A stretch of DNA of 62,144 nt, counting the filler, from Acidimicrobiia bacterium (GTDB taxonomy: Bacteria > Actinomycetota > Acidimicrobiia > Spongiisociales > JAHEDJ01): NCBI GenBank assembly GCA_029210695.1. It is 3 parts of 3 records of this genome, joined end to end, with 100 filler letters (N's around TTAATTAATTAA, not from the genome) between each part and the next. Parts side by side here need not be neighbours in the genome. Positions count along the whole stretch, not along the records: positions 29,105 to 45,750 come from JARGFH010000072.1; positions 45,851 to 62,144 come from JARGFH010000073.1; 1 more part is not named here. One strand, written 5' to 3'. Below, piece after piece: positions 45,066-55,458 of this stretch. Both the position numbers and the translations under genes were made by a program. How positions within the stretch are numbered: the first letter of the stretch is position 1; every line of letters begins with the position of its first letter. The notes under the pieces were generated by a model that worked only from the letters and a program-made list of their open reading frames with translations, was not told the origin of the DNA and searched no databases.

Positions 45066-45716
45066 ATGAAGAAGAACAGCATCGCTGTCCTGGTTGGCAC
45101 AGCCCTGATGCTGGCCGCCTGCGGTACGGCGCTCGTCGAATCCCCGGAGGCCACCGTGGTGCCAACGACGGCCCAGCCCGAGACCACCACACCGACCACG
45201 ATCCCCGACACGACGGTCCCCGAGGTCGTGGAGACGACACTGCCCCCGACCACCTCGACCACTTCGCCGCCGGCTCCCACGACCACAGCCGCTCCAGATG
45301 CCGATCCCGCCCTGGTGGAGGTGCTGGTGTATCTGGTCGGCGGGCCCGATGCCGATCCGAACAACTACGACTGCTCGCTCGTCTCACCCGTGGTGCGCCT
45401 CGTAGAGCCGCCGGCGACGCTGGCCGGAGCCATGGAGGCTCTCCTGGCCGGAGCGACGCCCGATGAACTGGCCCTCGGCTACGACAGCTGGTTCTCAGAC
45501 GAAGTTGGCTGGACGCTCGAATCGGCGATCATCTCCGATGGGGTTGCCCGCATCGACTTCAGCGAAGATTCGCCGTTCATCAACAATGCGTCGACGTCGT
45601 GCGGAAGCTTCAGCTTCCTGGGTCAGCTCGACATGACGGCCACCCAGTTCCCGACGGTCGACCGGGCCGTTTACTGGCGCTTCGGAATTGAGCGGGGTGT
45701 AGGGGTTCCCGGTTGA
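45066..45716 (+). CDS. GerMN-domain lipoprotein, C-terminus possibly disrupted
   Basis: Lipobox MLAAC; Thr/Pro linker; AMEALLAG, GVARIDF, QLDMTATQFPTVDRAVY. Confidence 0.8.
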   Translation: MKKNSIAVLVGTALMLAACGTALVESPEATVVPTTAQPETTTPTTIPDTTVPEVVETTLPPTTSTTSPPAPTTTAAPDADPALVEVLVYLVGGPDADPNNYDCSLVSPVVRLVEPPATLAGAMEALLAGATPDELALGYDSWFSDEVGWTLESAIISDGVARIDFSEDSPFINNASTSCGSFSFLGQLDMTATQFPTVDRAVYWRFGIERGVGVPG

Positions 45717-45750
45717 TTAGGAGGGCTCTGCCAATCTGATGGTTACTACG

Positions 45751-45850
45751 NNNNNNNNNNNNNNNNNNNNNNNNNNNNNNNNNNNNNNNNNNNNTTAATT
45801 AATTAANNNNNNNNNNNNNNNNNNNNNNNNNNNNNNNNNNNNNNNNNNNN
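45751..45850. other. Artificial contig linker
   Basis: 44 N + TTAATTAATTAA + 44 N. Confidence 0.98.
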
Positions 45851-45973
45851 TCCAGTGTGACCGAAAACGACCTCGAACGCGAGCACCCCCGACCCACAAC
45901 CACCAACTTTTTCGGCAGCCACCTAGTCCGTGGCGAAGGGTCCCGAGGCCCCGGCCGCTAGCCTGCCTCCTCC

Positions 45974-46615
45974 ATGCTCCTGGAATCTCGCTCGCTGTGG
46001 GTCGCCGAGACCAACACCTATGTGATTGCCGCCGACTCCGGCGGTCCGGCACTGATCATCGATGCTCCACCCGATCCGGACGGCATCGGGCGGTTGCTCG
46101 CCGACCATGATCTCTTCCCGGTAGCCGTGCTCCTCACCCACGGCCATATCGATCACATGGGAGGAGCCGGACCCTTGGCCCACGAGCGGGAGCTGGCGGT
46201 GTACGTTCATCCAGACGATGATTTCTTGACCCTGCATCCCGAGCAGCAATTGAGGATGCTGTTCGGGATGGCCCCACCCGGCGACTTCGCCCCTCCCGAA
46301 CGCCGCCTCGATCTCGTCGATGGTCAAGATTTGGAGATCGCGGGGCTGACGCTCCAGGTTCTCCACACTCCCGGTCATACGCCGGGCCACTGCTGTTTCC
46401 TGCTCGCCGAGGAGGGGATTCTCTTCTCCGGCGATCAGCTCTTCGCCGGGTCGATCGGACGGACCGACCTGCCGGGCGGAGATTTCGACACGCTCATGGA
46501 CAGTATGGCCAGGAAGGTCCTGCCCCTCGGTGACGATGTAATCGTGCATCCGGGTCACGGACCGGCGACTACCCTTTCCCGCGAACGCCGCTTGAACCCC
46601 TTCCTTCAGATCTGA
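45974..46615 (+). CDS. MBL-fold hydrolase (glyoxalase II / YcbL-like)
   Basis: LTHGHIDH, HTPGHTPG, FSGDQLFAGSIGRTDLPGG, PGHG; usual position upstream of hisS. Confidence 0.92.
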   Translation: MLLESRSLWVAETNTYVIAADSGGPALIIDAPPDPDGIGRLLADHDLFPVAVLLTHGHIDHMGGAGPLAHERELAVYVHPDDDFLTLHPEQQLRMLFGMAPPGDFAPPERRLDLVDGQDLEIAGLTLQVLHTPGHTPGHCCFLLAEEGILFSGDQLFAGSIGRTDLPGGDFDTLMDSMARKVLPLGDDVIVHPGHGPATTLSRERRLNPFLQI

Positions 46616-46621
46616 ACCGCT

Positions 46622-47857
46622 ATGAACTTCAGCCCGCCGAAAGGCACCGACGACATCTTCCCGCCTGCGTCCCGCGCCTGGCGCAGAGTTCTCATGGTCT
46701 GGGAGGGCCTCGCCGAACGCTACGGCTACGACCTGGTGATCGGCCCTATATTCGAATCGACCGAGGTCTTTGCCCGTGGGGTCGGAGAATCGACTGAAGT
46801 GGTGCAGAAACAGATGTACACATTCGAGGACAAGGGGGGACGTTCGCTCACGCTTCGACCTGAGGGCACTGCCTCCGTCGTACGCGCCTACCTCGGCTCG
46901 GGCGCCCGGGGCGAAGTGAAGCTCGCCTATTCAGGCCCCATGTTTCGCTACGAGCGACCACAGGCGGGACGTCGTCGCCAGTTCTATCAGACAGGTGTCG
47001 AGTATCTGGCGACGGCCGCGCCCGATGCCGATGCCGAAGTGATAGAGATCGGGTACCGGTTCCTCGAGGAAGTCGGATTCGACGAGGTGGAGGTGGCGCT
47101 GAACTCGATCGGTGACGCAGAGTGCCGGCCGGCTTACCTCGACGTGTTGCGCGCCTACCTCAACAGCAAACGAGATGCCCTCTGCGATGACAGCCTGCGA
47201 ACGCTTGACACAAATCCCCTCCGCGTTCTCGACTGCAAGATTTGTGCGCCTCAACTCACCGATGCGCCCAACGCAGTGGACTTTCTGTGCGATCCGTGCC
47301 GGAAGCACTTCGACGCCGTTCAGGTTCGGCTCGGTGGCACCGGGATTCCCTTCCGCCTCGAGTCGCGCCTCGTGCGCGGCCTCGACTATTACACGCGCAC
47401 TGCGTTCGAGTACATCGCCACCGGCTTTGATGCCGCCCAGAACGCGGTGGGAGGCGGAGGTCGCTATGACGGTCTCGCCGAGACTCTCGGAGGTTCGCCG
47501 GTGCCCGGCGTCGGCCTGGCAATGGGTATCGACCGGATTCTGCTGGCCGCAGGAGAGGATGGATCAGATATCGTTCCACTCGACCTCTTCGTGGTCGTTG
47601 CTTCCCCCGAACGGCGTGAAACCGCGGCGCGGTTCGTCTCTGATCTGCGCCGCGCCGGGGTCCGGGTCGACATGGCACCCGAACAACGATCGGTTAAGGC
47701 GCAATTCCGGGCCGCCGACCGCAGGAAGTCGGCAGGAGTTGCCGTCGTCGGTGACGAGTGGGGTCAAGGTCGGGTCATCGTGAGGAACCTGGCAACCAGT
47801 ACGCAAACAGAAGTCAGTGTCGAGGAGGTCGCCGCATGGGCGAAGAGCAACCGTTGA
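46622..47857 (+). CDS. hisS: Histidine--tRNA ligase
   Basis: LRPEGTA, FRYERPQAGRRRQF, LVRGLDYY, GGGRYDGL. Confidence 0.97.
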   Translation: MNFSPPKGTDDIFPPASRAWRRVLMVWEGLAERYGYDLVIGPIFESTEVFARGVGESTEVVQKQMYTFEDKGGRSLTLRPEGTASVVRAYLGSGARGEVKLAYSGPMFRYERPQAGRRRQFYQTGVEYLATAAPDADAEVIEIGYRFLEEVGFDEVEVALNSIGDAECRPAYLDVLRAYLNSKRDALCDDSLRTLDTNPLRVLDCKICAPQLTDAPNAVDFLCDPCRKHFDAVQVRLGGTGIPFRLESRLVRGLDYYTRTAFEYIATGFDAAQNAVGGGGRYDGLAETLGGSPVPGVGLAMGIDRILLAAGEDGSDIVPLDLFVVVASPERRETAARFVSDLRRAGVRVDMAPEQRSVKAQFRAADRRKSAGVAVVGDEWGQGRVIVRNLATSTQTEVSVEEVAAWAKSNR

Positions 47858-49614
47858 GAAGCGACTACGCCGGCACGCTGACGTCCGAGCGCATCGGCGA
47901 TCATGTTCGATTGGCCGGGTGGGTGGATCGGCGACGTGACCACGGCGGGATCATCTTCTTCGATCTTCGTGACGCATCGGGTCTGGTGCAGGTCGTCGTT
48001 GATCCCGAGCAACTACATGCTGCCGGCGACCTCAAGATGGAGTACACCGTTTCCGTGGCCGGTGAGGTTCGGGTCCGCCCGGAAGGAACCAAGAACTCCG
48101 AGATGGCAACCGGTGAGGTTGAAGTCGTTGCCGGCGACATACGGGTGCTCAGCACCGCGGATGCCTTGCCGTTCATGATCAACGACCGGATCGAGATCGA
48201 CGAGCGGATCCGACTCCAATATCGCTACCTCGACCTGCGCCGGCCGCGTATGGCTGCGAACCTCCGTGCCCGGTCGAGCGCGGTCCGGGCCATGCGGCAA
48301 ACCCTCGATGAACTGGGTTTCCTCGAAATCGAGACCCCGACGCTGATTCGCTCGACGCCCGAAGGTGCCCGCGACATGCTGGTTCCGAGCCGCCTCAGCA
48401 AAGGAACGTTCTACGCGCTCCCGCAATCGCCGCAGCTGTTCAAGCAACTCCTGATGGTCGGCGGTGTCGATCGTTATTACCAGATCGCCCGCTGCTATCG
48501 CGATGAAGACCTTCGCAGTGACCGGCAACTGGAGTTCACCCAACTCGACATCGAGGGAGCCTTCTGGGGACAGGAGGGGGTTCTCGACACGCTCGAACAG
48601 GTAATCGTTTCCGTTGTGGCGCAGGCACGGGGTGTGCAATTGTCGCGCCCATTCCCGCGCCTGACCTATGCGGACTCGATGGCCCGCTACGGCACCGACA
48701 AGCCTGATCTGCGGTTCGGAATGGAGATCATCGACCTCGGTGACGCCGTTGCCAAGAGCGGGTTTCGTGCATTCGGCGGCGCCCTCGAGGCCGGCGGTGT
48801 CGTGCGCGGTATCAACGCCGGCCCACTGGGGTTGTCTCGGTCCGGCCTCGACGGCCTTGTGGCTCGGGCACAGGAACTCGGTGCCGGGGGACTGGTGTGG
48901 ATGGTGGTCGAGGACGATGGTGCGCTTCGCTCGCCCGTTGCGAAATTCCTGACAGACCTCGAAATGGGCGATATTTCCTCCTGCCTGGCGGCCTCACCCG
49001 GCGACACGCTGCTCATCGCGGCGGATCAAGCGAAGATTGTCGGTCGGGTGCTCGGGCAGTTGCGACTCGATCTGGGCCGTCCCAAAGGACACGACGATCT
49101 CAGTTTCCTCTGGGTCGTTGATTTCCCGGTGTTCGAAGAGACCGAGGGTGGGGACCTGGCGCCCGCCCATCATCCGTTCACGTCGCCGGTCAGCGTTTCG
49201 GAAATGCGCGACAACCCCAGGGAGGCAGTCTCGAAGGCCTACGACCTGGTACTCAACGGAAGCGAACTGGGGTCCGGCAGCGTCAGGATCCACGACCCCG
49301 AGGTCCAGAAGCAGGTTTTCGAGGTCCTGGGGATATCAGCTCGGGAGGCGGAGAGCCGCTTCGGCTGGTTCATCAAGGCGCTGCGTTATGGGACGCCTCC
49401 TCATGCCGGATTCGCCGTCGGCATCGATCGTCTGCTGGCAATACTTCAGGGAGAACAGAGCATCCGCGACGTCATCCCGTTCCCGAAAACGCAGACGGGT
49501 ACCGATCCTCTCACCGAGTCACCAACGCAGGTCGATGACTTCCAGCTGATAGAGCTCGGTATCGACCTCCGCCCGGACGTGCGTGCGGAGCTATCCGGCG
49601 AGGAGGACGACTGA
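47836..49614 (+). CDS. aspS: Aspartate--tRNA ligase (likely non-discriminating)
   Basis: ATG after GAGGAGG; GWVDRRRDHGG, LPQSPQLFKQ, CYRDEDLR, PPHAG, VIPFPKT. Confidence 0.97.
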   Translation: MGEEQPLRSDYAGTLTSERIGDHVRLAGWVDRRRDHGGIIFFDLRDASGLVQVVVDPEQLHAAGDLKMEYTVSVAGEVRVRPEGTKNSEMATGEVEVVAGDIRVLSTADALPFMINDRIEIDERIRLQYRYLDLRRPRMAANLRARSSAVRAMRQTLDELGFLEIETPTLIRSTPEGARDMLVPSRLSKGTFYALPQSPQLFKQLLMVGGVDRYYQIARCYRDEDLRSDRQLEFTQLDIEGAFWGQEGVLDTLEQVIVSVVAQARGVQLSRPFPRLTYADSMARYGTDKPDLRFGMEIIDLGDAVAKSGFRAFGGALEAGGVVRGINAGPLGLSRSGLDGLVARAQELGAGGLVWMVVEDDGALRSPVAKFLTDLEMGDISSCLAASPGDTLLIAADQAKIVGRVLGQLRLDLGRPKGHDDLSFLWVVDFPVFEETEGGDLAPAHHPFTSPVSVSEMRDNPREAVSKAYDLVLNGSELGSGSVRIHDPEVQKQVFEVLGISAREAESRFGWFIKALRYGTPPHAGFAVGIDRLLAILQGEQSIRDVIPFPKTQTGTDPLTESPTQVDDFQLIELGIDLRPDVRAELSGEEDD

Positions 49615-49626
49615 CTGATGGGCATC

Positions 49627-49656
49627 GGGTACCAGGTGCCGGGTACCCGGTACGCG
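49627..49656 (+). repeat. Heptamer array family C (GGTACCN)
   Basis: GGTACCA GGTGCCG GGTACCC GGTACGC between aspS and rarA. Confidence 0.65.
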
Positions 49657-49685
49657 AACCTGTCGACGAGCGATCGGACGGTCTG

Positions 49686-51032
49686 ATGCAAGACGATCTC
49701 TTCGCCCCACAGCGGGCCGCGCGTCTTTCAGCCGTCGCTCCGCTTCCGGCGCGGATGCGGCCGGCGACGCTCGATGAAGTAGTCGGTCAGCAGCACCTGC
49801 TCGAACGCGGGGCAGCCTTCCGCTCGATGGTCGAGGAAGGTCGGCCGGTTTCGATGATCCTGTGGGGTCCGCCGGGCACCGGAAAAACGACGCTCGCCCG
49901 TCTCGTCGCCAGCGAGACCTCGGCGGCCTTCGAGCAGCTCTCGGCGGTCTCAGCCGGAGTGAAAGACGTTCGTGAGGTCCTCCAGCGGGCACGACACCGT
50001 CTCGAGACCGATGAGCGGCGCACGGTGCTGTTCCTCGATGAGATTCACCGGTTCACCAAATCCCAACAGGACGCGCTCTTGCCGGGGGTTGAAGACGGGA
50101 CGGTCATCCTCATTGGGGCAACAACCGAGAACCCGTTCTTCGAAGTCAACTCACCGCTGATCAGCCGGTGCACGCTGTTCCGCTTGGAAGCGCTCACGCC
50201 GGGCGATCTGACCGAACTGATTCGACGGGCAGTCGCCGATCCGACGCGTGGACTCGGAACCAGCGGACAAGACATCTCCGATCAGGCAGCATCAGCGCTC
50301 GCCGAGCGAACCGGCGGAGACGCCCGTCTCGCACTCAACGCACTCGAGATGGCGCGACACGTTGCCTCGGCGCGCGACTCGACCGTCATCGAGGATTCCG
50401 ACATCGAGGAATCTCTGCAACGCCGGATCATCCGGTACGACAAATCGGGTGATCAGCACTACGACATCATCTCCGCCTTCATCAAGTCGATGCGAGGATC
50501 GGATCCCGATGCGGCAATGTACTGGTTACACATGATGCTGGGCGCAGGAGAGGATCCTGAGTTCATTGCCCGCCGGATGATCATCTTCGCCTCTGAGGAC
50601 GTCGGCCTCGCCGACCCGTCGGCTCTGGCGCTGGCGGTGGCGGGCTTCGACGCACTTCAGGTCGTCGGTCTCCCGGAGGCCTCGTACGCACTCAGCCAGA
50701 CGGCGGTCTACCTGGCGACCGCACCGAAATCCAACTCGGTCACGCAGGCGATGGGGCGCGCCAGACAGGCAGTCGAAGACCATCCGGGTGCGCAGGTGCC
50801 CGCCCATTTGAGAGACGCCCACTACGCAGGAGCACAGCGACTCGGCCATGGTGCCGGCTACCGCTATCCCCACGACTATCCGGGACACATCGTCGCCCAG
50901 CAGTATCTCCCGGATGTGCTGGCCGGCGATCTGATCTACCTTCCGGAGATCGAAGGCCGCGAACAGGAAATCGCCGACCGCCTGGCCGCCTGGGATCGAC
51001 AACTCGGACGCCTCAACCGGCAGAATCGTTAG
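49686..51032 (+). CDS. rarA: Replication-associated recombination protein A (MgsA)
   Basis: GPPGTGKT, DEIHRF, GATTENP, SAFIKSMRGSDPD, ASEDVG, PKSNS. Confidence 0.95.
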   Translation: MQDDLFAPQRAARLSAVAPLPARMRPATLDEVVGQQHLLERGAAFRSMVEEGRPVSMILWGPPGTGKTTLARLVASETSAAFEQLSAVSAGVKDVREVLQRARHRLETDERRTVLFLDEIHRFTKSQQDALLPGVEDGTVILIGATTENPFFEVNSPLISRCTLFRLEALTPGDLTELIRRAVADPTRGLGTSGQDISDQAASALAERTGGDARLALNALEMARHVASARDSTVIEDSDIEESLQRRIIRYDKSGDQHYDIISAFIKSMRGSDPDAAMYWLHMMLGAGEDPEFIARRMIIFASEDVGLADPSALALAVAGFDALQVVGLPEASYALSQTAVYLATAPKSNSVTQAMGRARQAVEDHPGAQVPAHLRDAHYAGAQRLGHGAGYRYPHDYPGHIVAQQYLPDVLAGDLIYLPEIEGREQEIADRLAAWDRQLGRLNRQNR

Positions 51033-51042
51033 GCTGCCGGCC

Positions 51043-51222
51043 ATGCTGCGTCGCACCCGCTGGTTCTCGCTGGGTATAGCTGCCGGAGTCGGTGGTTCCG
51101 CCTGGGTCGTCACCAGGCTGCGCAGGGCGCGCCAACGTCTCACGCCGGCCAACCTGGCTAGAGCGGCGGCCGGGAGCGTTGCGGACCTACTGGAGGCGGG
51201 ATCTCGTAGTTTGCGGCCGTGA
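51043..51222 (+). CDS. Small membrane protein upstream of alaS (DUF6167-like, 59 aa; not in ORF track)
   Basis: Manual translation MLRRTRWFSLGIAAGVGGSAWVVTRLRRARQRLTPANL...; similar small genes precede alaS in actinobacteria. Confidence 0.7.
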   Translation: MLRRTRWFSLGIAAGVGGSAWVVTRLRRARQRLTPANLARAAAGSVADLLEAGSRSLRP

Positions 51223-51312
51223 GATGTGATCGGCGACCGTTTCAGCGTGGTCGGCTGCTGCGGGAGAATGGCTGAGGGCCGTTGATCCGACAGGGGCTAA
51301 CCTGTAGCTCCC

Positions 51313-53937
51313 ATGAACAGCAATGAGATTCGCCGGTCGTTCCTGTCGTTCTTTGAAGAGCGGGACCATGTCGTTCGTCCGTCGGCCTCGCTCATTCCGG
51401 TCGACCCGACTCTGCTGCTGACCAGCGCCGGCATGGTTCCTTTCAAGCCGTATTTCCTCGGCGAGGAAACTCCGCCGTATTTGCGTGCAGCCTCGATTCA
51501 GAAATGTGCACGCACGACCGACATCGACATCATCGGGACGACCACGCGTCACTTCTCGTTTTTCGAGATGCTGGGCAACTTCAGCTTCGGTGACTACTTC
51601 AAGGAACGGGCTATTCCGTGGAGCTATGAACTCGTCACGGAGGTCTTCGGCATTGATCCGGAGCGGCTCTGGTTCACCGTATACGACACGGACGACGAAG
51701 CGGCCCGCATCTGGATCGATCAGGTTGGCGTCCCCTCCGACCGGGTTCAGAGAGGCGGCAAAGACAACTTCTGGCAAATGGGCGTTCCGGGACCGTGCGG
51801 TCCGAGTTCAGAGATCTTCGTGGACCGTGGTGAACGCTGGGGCGAACCGGGTGGCCCGATCGGCGGTGGAGAGGAACGCTTCGTTGAAATCTGGAACCTC
51901 GTCTTCATGCAGAACGTCCAGGATGAGCCGTATCACGTTATCGGCGATCTGCCGGCCAAGAGCATCGACACCGGCATGGGACTCGACCGCATGGCGATGG
52001 TCCTCCAAGGGGCGGATACGGTCTTCGACACGGACATCGTTCGCCCACTCCTCGGCGCCGGGGCGGCGGCCTGCCGGGCGACCTATGGTACGGACGAACT
52101 GACCGACGTCTCCCTACGGGTGCTGGCCGACCATGGGCGAGCCGTCACCTTCCTGATCGCCGATGGCGTAGTGCCCTCAAACGAGGGGCGCGGTTATGTG
52201 CTGAGGCGCCTCCTCAGGCGTGCCGTACGGCATGCCTGGCAACTCGGCAGCGAGAATCTGGTCACACCGCAGCTCGTGTCTACCACGGTCGAGATCATGG
52301 GCGAGGCCTATCCCACCCTCGTCGATCAGCAGGACTTCATTCTCGACATCGTCTCGCGCGAGGAAGGCAGGTTCCGCAAAACGTTGGAGAGCGGTCATAA
52401 CCTCCTGGACACCGAGCTGGCGGGTCTGGGCGAAGGAAGCGAACTCGAAGGTGGTGTGGCCTTCAAGCTGCACGATACATACGGGTTCCCGATCGAATTG
52501 ACGAAGGAAATAGCCGCCGAGCGAGGATACGCGGTCGACGAGAGCGGATTCGATGCGGCGATGAAACAGCAGAGAGAGCGTGCCAGGGCAGCCTGGAAGG
52601 GTGGAGAAGAGGCAGCCGCCGAAGACCTCTACCGGCGAATCCTCGACGATGTTGGCCTCACCGCCTTCCTGGGGTATGAGCTCGAAGCCGCCGACGGCCG
52701 GATTCTTGCCATCCTTCGACACGGTGAACCGGTGGATCGTGCCGACCAGGGCGATGAGGTGGAGTTGTTTCTCGATCGCACGCCGTTCTATGCCGAGGCC
52801 GGTGGGCAAGTGGGCGACGTCGGCCGTGTCGGGACGGAGACCGGAGTCCTGTCAGTCGGCGATGTCCAGCACGCGGTACAGGGCCTCTACGCTCATCGCG
52901 GCAAGATCGCCTCCGGGTTCCTCCAGGTCGGCCAGGATGTCGAGACAGCCATCGATTCGCCCCGTCGAGAGAAGATACGAAAGAGCCACACCGGAACTCA
53001 TATTCTCCACTGGGCTCTGCGTGACGTCGTCGGCGATCACGTCAAGCAGGCCGGTTCGCTAGTGGAAGCCGGGCGGCTGCGCTTTGACGTCAACCATTTC
53101 GCCGCGCTCACCGAAGAACAGCTCACAGAAGTCGAGCGACTTGCCAACGAGAAGATCATCGCCAACTCTGCGGTTCAGACGGTCGAATCAACCAAGGACG
53201 AGGCGCAGGCGATGGGTGCGATCGCTTTCTTCGGCGACAAGTACGGTGACACCGTCCGCGTGGTCAAGGTAGGCGAATTCTCCACAGAATTCTGTGGTGG
53301 CACTCACACTCGGGCCGCCGGGCAGGTTGGGCCGCTCATCGTTACCGGTGAATCCTCGATAGGTTCGAACATGCGGCGGGTCGAGGCGCTCACCGGCACC
53401 AGTGCCTATGCGCATCTGGTCGGCGTCCGTGACTCCCTCACCACCTCCGGTCGCCTGTTGCGCTCGACTCCATCCGAGGTGCCCGTCAGGGTGCAACAGC
53501 TGATTGAGCGGAACAAGGAACTCGAGTCAGAGGTTGCGCGGATGGCCGACCGAGTTCGGTCCGACCTGGCCGGCGACGCCGCCGCCGCAGCCGAGAAGGT
53601 CGGTGATGCCGCTTTTGTCGTGCTCGACCATCGGGATATGCCGCCTGACGCCATGCGAGCGCTGGCCATCCAGGCGCGCGACCGCTTGGGGTCCGGGGTC
53701 GTGATCGTCGGTTCGGTCAATGAAGGCAAAGGTGCTCTGGTGGCCGCCGTGTCGAGCGACCTCGTCGCCCGCGGGCTGTCGGCTGCAGAGCTGATTGCTC
53801 CGGCCGCCCGGCTTCTCGGAGGCGGAGGGAGTCGGGATCCGGAACTCGCCCAGGCGGGCGGTCCGGCCGGGAAGTCCATGCCCGCCTCACTCGACCTCGT
53901 CCGGGAAACCGTGGGCAAGGCGCTCAGGGGGCTCTGA
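51313..53937 (+). CDS. alaS: Alanine--tRNA ligase
   Basis: FFEMLGNFSFGDYFK, EIWNLVFMQ, DTYGFP, HTGTH, EFCGGTH. Confidence 0.97.
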   Translation: MNSNEIRRSFLSFFEERDHVVRPSASLIPVDPTLLLTSAGMVPFKPYFLGEETPPYLRAASIQKCARTTDIDIIGTTTRHFSFFEMLGNFSFGDYFKERAIPWSYELVTEVFGIDPERLWFTVYDTDDEAARIWIDQVGVPSDRVQRGGKDNFWQMGVPGPCGPSSEIFVDRGERWGEPGGPIGGGEERFVEIWNLVFMQNVQDEPYHVIGDLPAKSIDTGMGLDRMAMVLQGADTVFDTDIVRPLLGAGAAACRATYGTDELTDVSLRVLADHGRAVTFLIADGVVPSNEGRGYVLRRLLRRAVRHAWQLGSENLVTPQLVSTTVEIMGEAYPTLVDQQDFILDIVSREEGRFRKTLESGHNLLDTELAGLGEGSELEGGVAFKLHDTYGFPIELTKEIAAERGYAVDESGFDAAMKQQRERARAAWKGGEEAAAEDLYRRILDDVGLTAFLGYELEAADGRILAILRHGEPVDRADQGDEVELFLDRTPFYAEAGGQVGDVGRVGTETGVLSVGDVQHAVQGLYAHRGKIASGFLQVGQDVETAIDSPRREKIRKSHTGTHILHWALRDVVGDHVKQAGSLVEAGRLRFDVNHFAALTEEQLTEVERLANEKIIANSAVQTVESTKDEAQAMGAIAFFGDKYGDTVRVVKVGEFSTEFCGGTHTRAAGQVGPLIVTGESSIGSNMRRVEALTGTSAYAHLVGVRDSLTTSGRLLRSTPSEVPVRVQQLIERNKELESEVARMADRVRSDLAGDAAAAAEKVGDAAFVVLDHRDMPPDAMRALAIQARDRLGSGVVIVGSVNEGKGALVAAVSSDLVARGLSAAELIAPAARLLGGGGSRDPELAQAGGPAGKSMPASLDLVRETVGKALRGL

Positions 53938-53938
53938 C

Positions 53939-54346
53939 CTGTCGCGCATCATGGGAGTCGACTATGGAACGCGCCGGGTGGGAGTGGCCCTGTCCGATCC
54001 GCTGCACATAACTGCCCGAGGTCACAGCGTGCTCGACGCGGCGGCAGTCGACGTCGTCGCCGCTATCGCCGAGATTGCCAGGGAGCGCGAAGTCGAAAGG
54101 GTCGTCGTCGGGTTACCTGTGTCCCTGTCGGGCTATGAGGGGCCGTCGGCGGAAGCGGCCCGTGATTTGGCCGGACGAATCGCAGCGGCGACCGGACTGC
54201 CCGTCGAGCTCTCCGACGAGCGATTCACGACTCGCACGGCTGAGTCGTCGCTCATAGAGGCTAACGTGCGACGTCGCCGGCGCCGGCAGCTCATAGATCA
54301 AGTGGCGGCGGCGGTAATGCTTCAGCACTACCTGGACAGAACATGA
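53939..54346 (+). CDS. ruvX: YqgF/RuvX pre-16S rRNA nuclease
   Basis: GVDYGTRRVGVALSDP, VVGLP, DERFTT, IDQVAA; start is CTG 53939 or ATG 53951. Confidence 0.92.
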   Translation: MSRIMGVDYGTRRVGVALSDPLHITARGHSVLDAAAVDVVAAIAEIAREREVERVVVGLPVSLSGYEGPSAEAARDLAGRIAAATGLPVELSDERFTTRTAESSLIEANVRRRRRRQLIDQVAAAVMLQHYLDRT

Positions 54347-55458
54347 CGCACGAATCGTATGATCCCGATCCGGACCTGGATGAGCCGCGTCGTTCCAACC
54401 GGTCAATCAGTGTCGTTGTCACGATTCTGATTATCGCCGCAGCGGCCGTGTTCGGTGCAAAAGCCGCAGCCGATTGGGTGAGCGGGATCACGGGTGGGGG
54501 AGGGGATGAGGTCACCGCTCCGCCGGTTGACGCCGGCGAGCCGATCGCAATCGAAATTCCCGAAGGGGCGTCGGCCCGCACGATCGGTGAACTCCTTGCC
54601 TCGCGCGGAGTCGTTGAATCATCTTTGCAGTTCGAAGCCGCCGTCCGCCTGGCAGGAGCCGGAGCCGAACTCAGAGCGGGTGAATATGAGCTGGTCACCG
54701 GCATGACCAACGACGACGTGATCACAGCGCTGAGACGGGGGCCGATTGTGGACACCTACTGGATCACCGTTCAGGAAGGTCTCCGGATCGACGAAATACT
54801 GGATCGGATCGCAGAACAGACCCGCTTCACCAGTGCTGAGCTCGCAGAAGTGCTGCTCGACGGGTCGGTTACCACGTCTCTCTATCCGGACGGCCAACCA
54901 GGGAACCTCCAGCAGTGGGAGGGTCTACTCTTCCCCGACACCTACGAATTCCTGGCGGAATCCGGGCCGGAAGTGATCCTCGGACTGCTGGCTAGCACCA
55001 TGGAACGGCGAGTGGCGGACATCGACTGGTCGGCCCTCGAAGCAGCCGGCTCCACCACGTACGAGGGCATCATCATTGCCTCGTTGGTCGAAGCGGAGAC
55101 CCGCGTCAACGATGAACGCCCCCTCGTGTCTGCCGTGGTGAGGAACCGGATGGCCATCGGAATGGCGCTCCAGATCGACGCGACGGTTCTGTATGCGCTG
55201 GGTGAGCGCCGGACCGGGCTGACGCTTGCCGATCTCGAAGTTGCCTCTCCATACAACACGTACGGTCAGCCGGGATTGCCCCCGACCCCGATCGGCGGAC
55301 CGGGTCGGGCGTCGTTGGCGGCTGCTGCGGCTCCCGCCGCGGTCGACTATCTCTATTACGTACTGACCAGCCTCGACGGCACGCACTCGTTCACAGCCGA
55401 CTACGACGAGTTCCTCAACCACAAGAATCAGGCCAAGGAGGACGGAGTCCTCCCATGA
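54343..55458 (+). CDS. mltG: Endolytic transglycosylase MltG
   Basis: TM helix; EGLLFPDTY, IASLVEAE, LQIDAT, SPYNTY, GLPPTPI. Confidence 0.95.
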   Translation: MTHESYDPDPDLDEPRRSNRSISVVVTILIIAAAAVFGAKAAADWVSGITGGGGDEVTAPPVDAGEPIAIEIPEGASARTIGELLASRGVVESSLQFEAAVRLAGAGAELRAGEYELVTGMTNDDVITALRRGPIVDTYWITVQEGLRIDEILDRIAEQTRFTSAELAEVLLDGSVTTSLYPDGQPGNLQQWEGLLFPDTYEFLAESGPEVILGLLASTMERRVADIDWSALEAAGSTTYEGIIIASLVEAETRVNDERPLVSAVVRNRMAIGMALQIDATVLYALGERRTGLTLADLEVASPYNTYGQPGLPPTPIGGPGRASLAAAAAPAAVDYLYYVLTSLDGTHSFTADYDEFLNHKNQAKEDGVLP

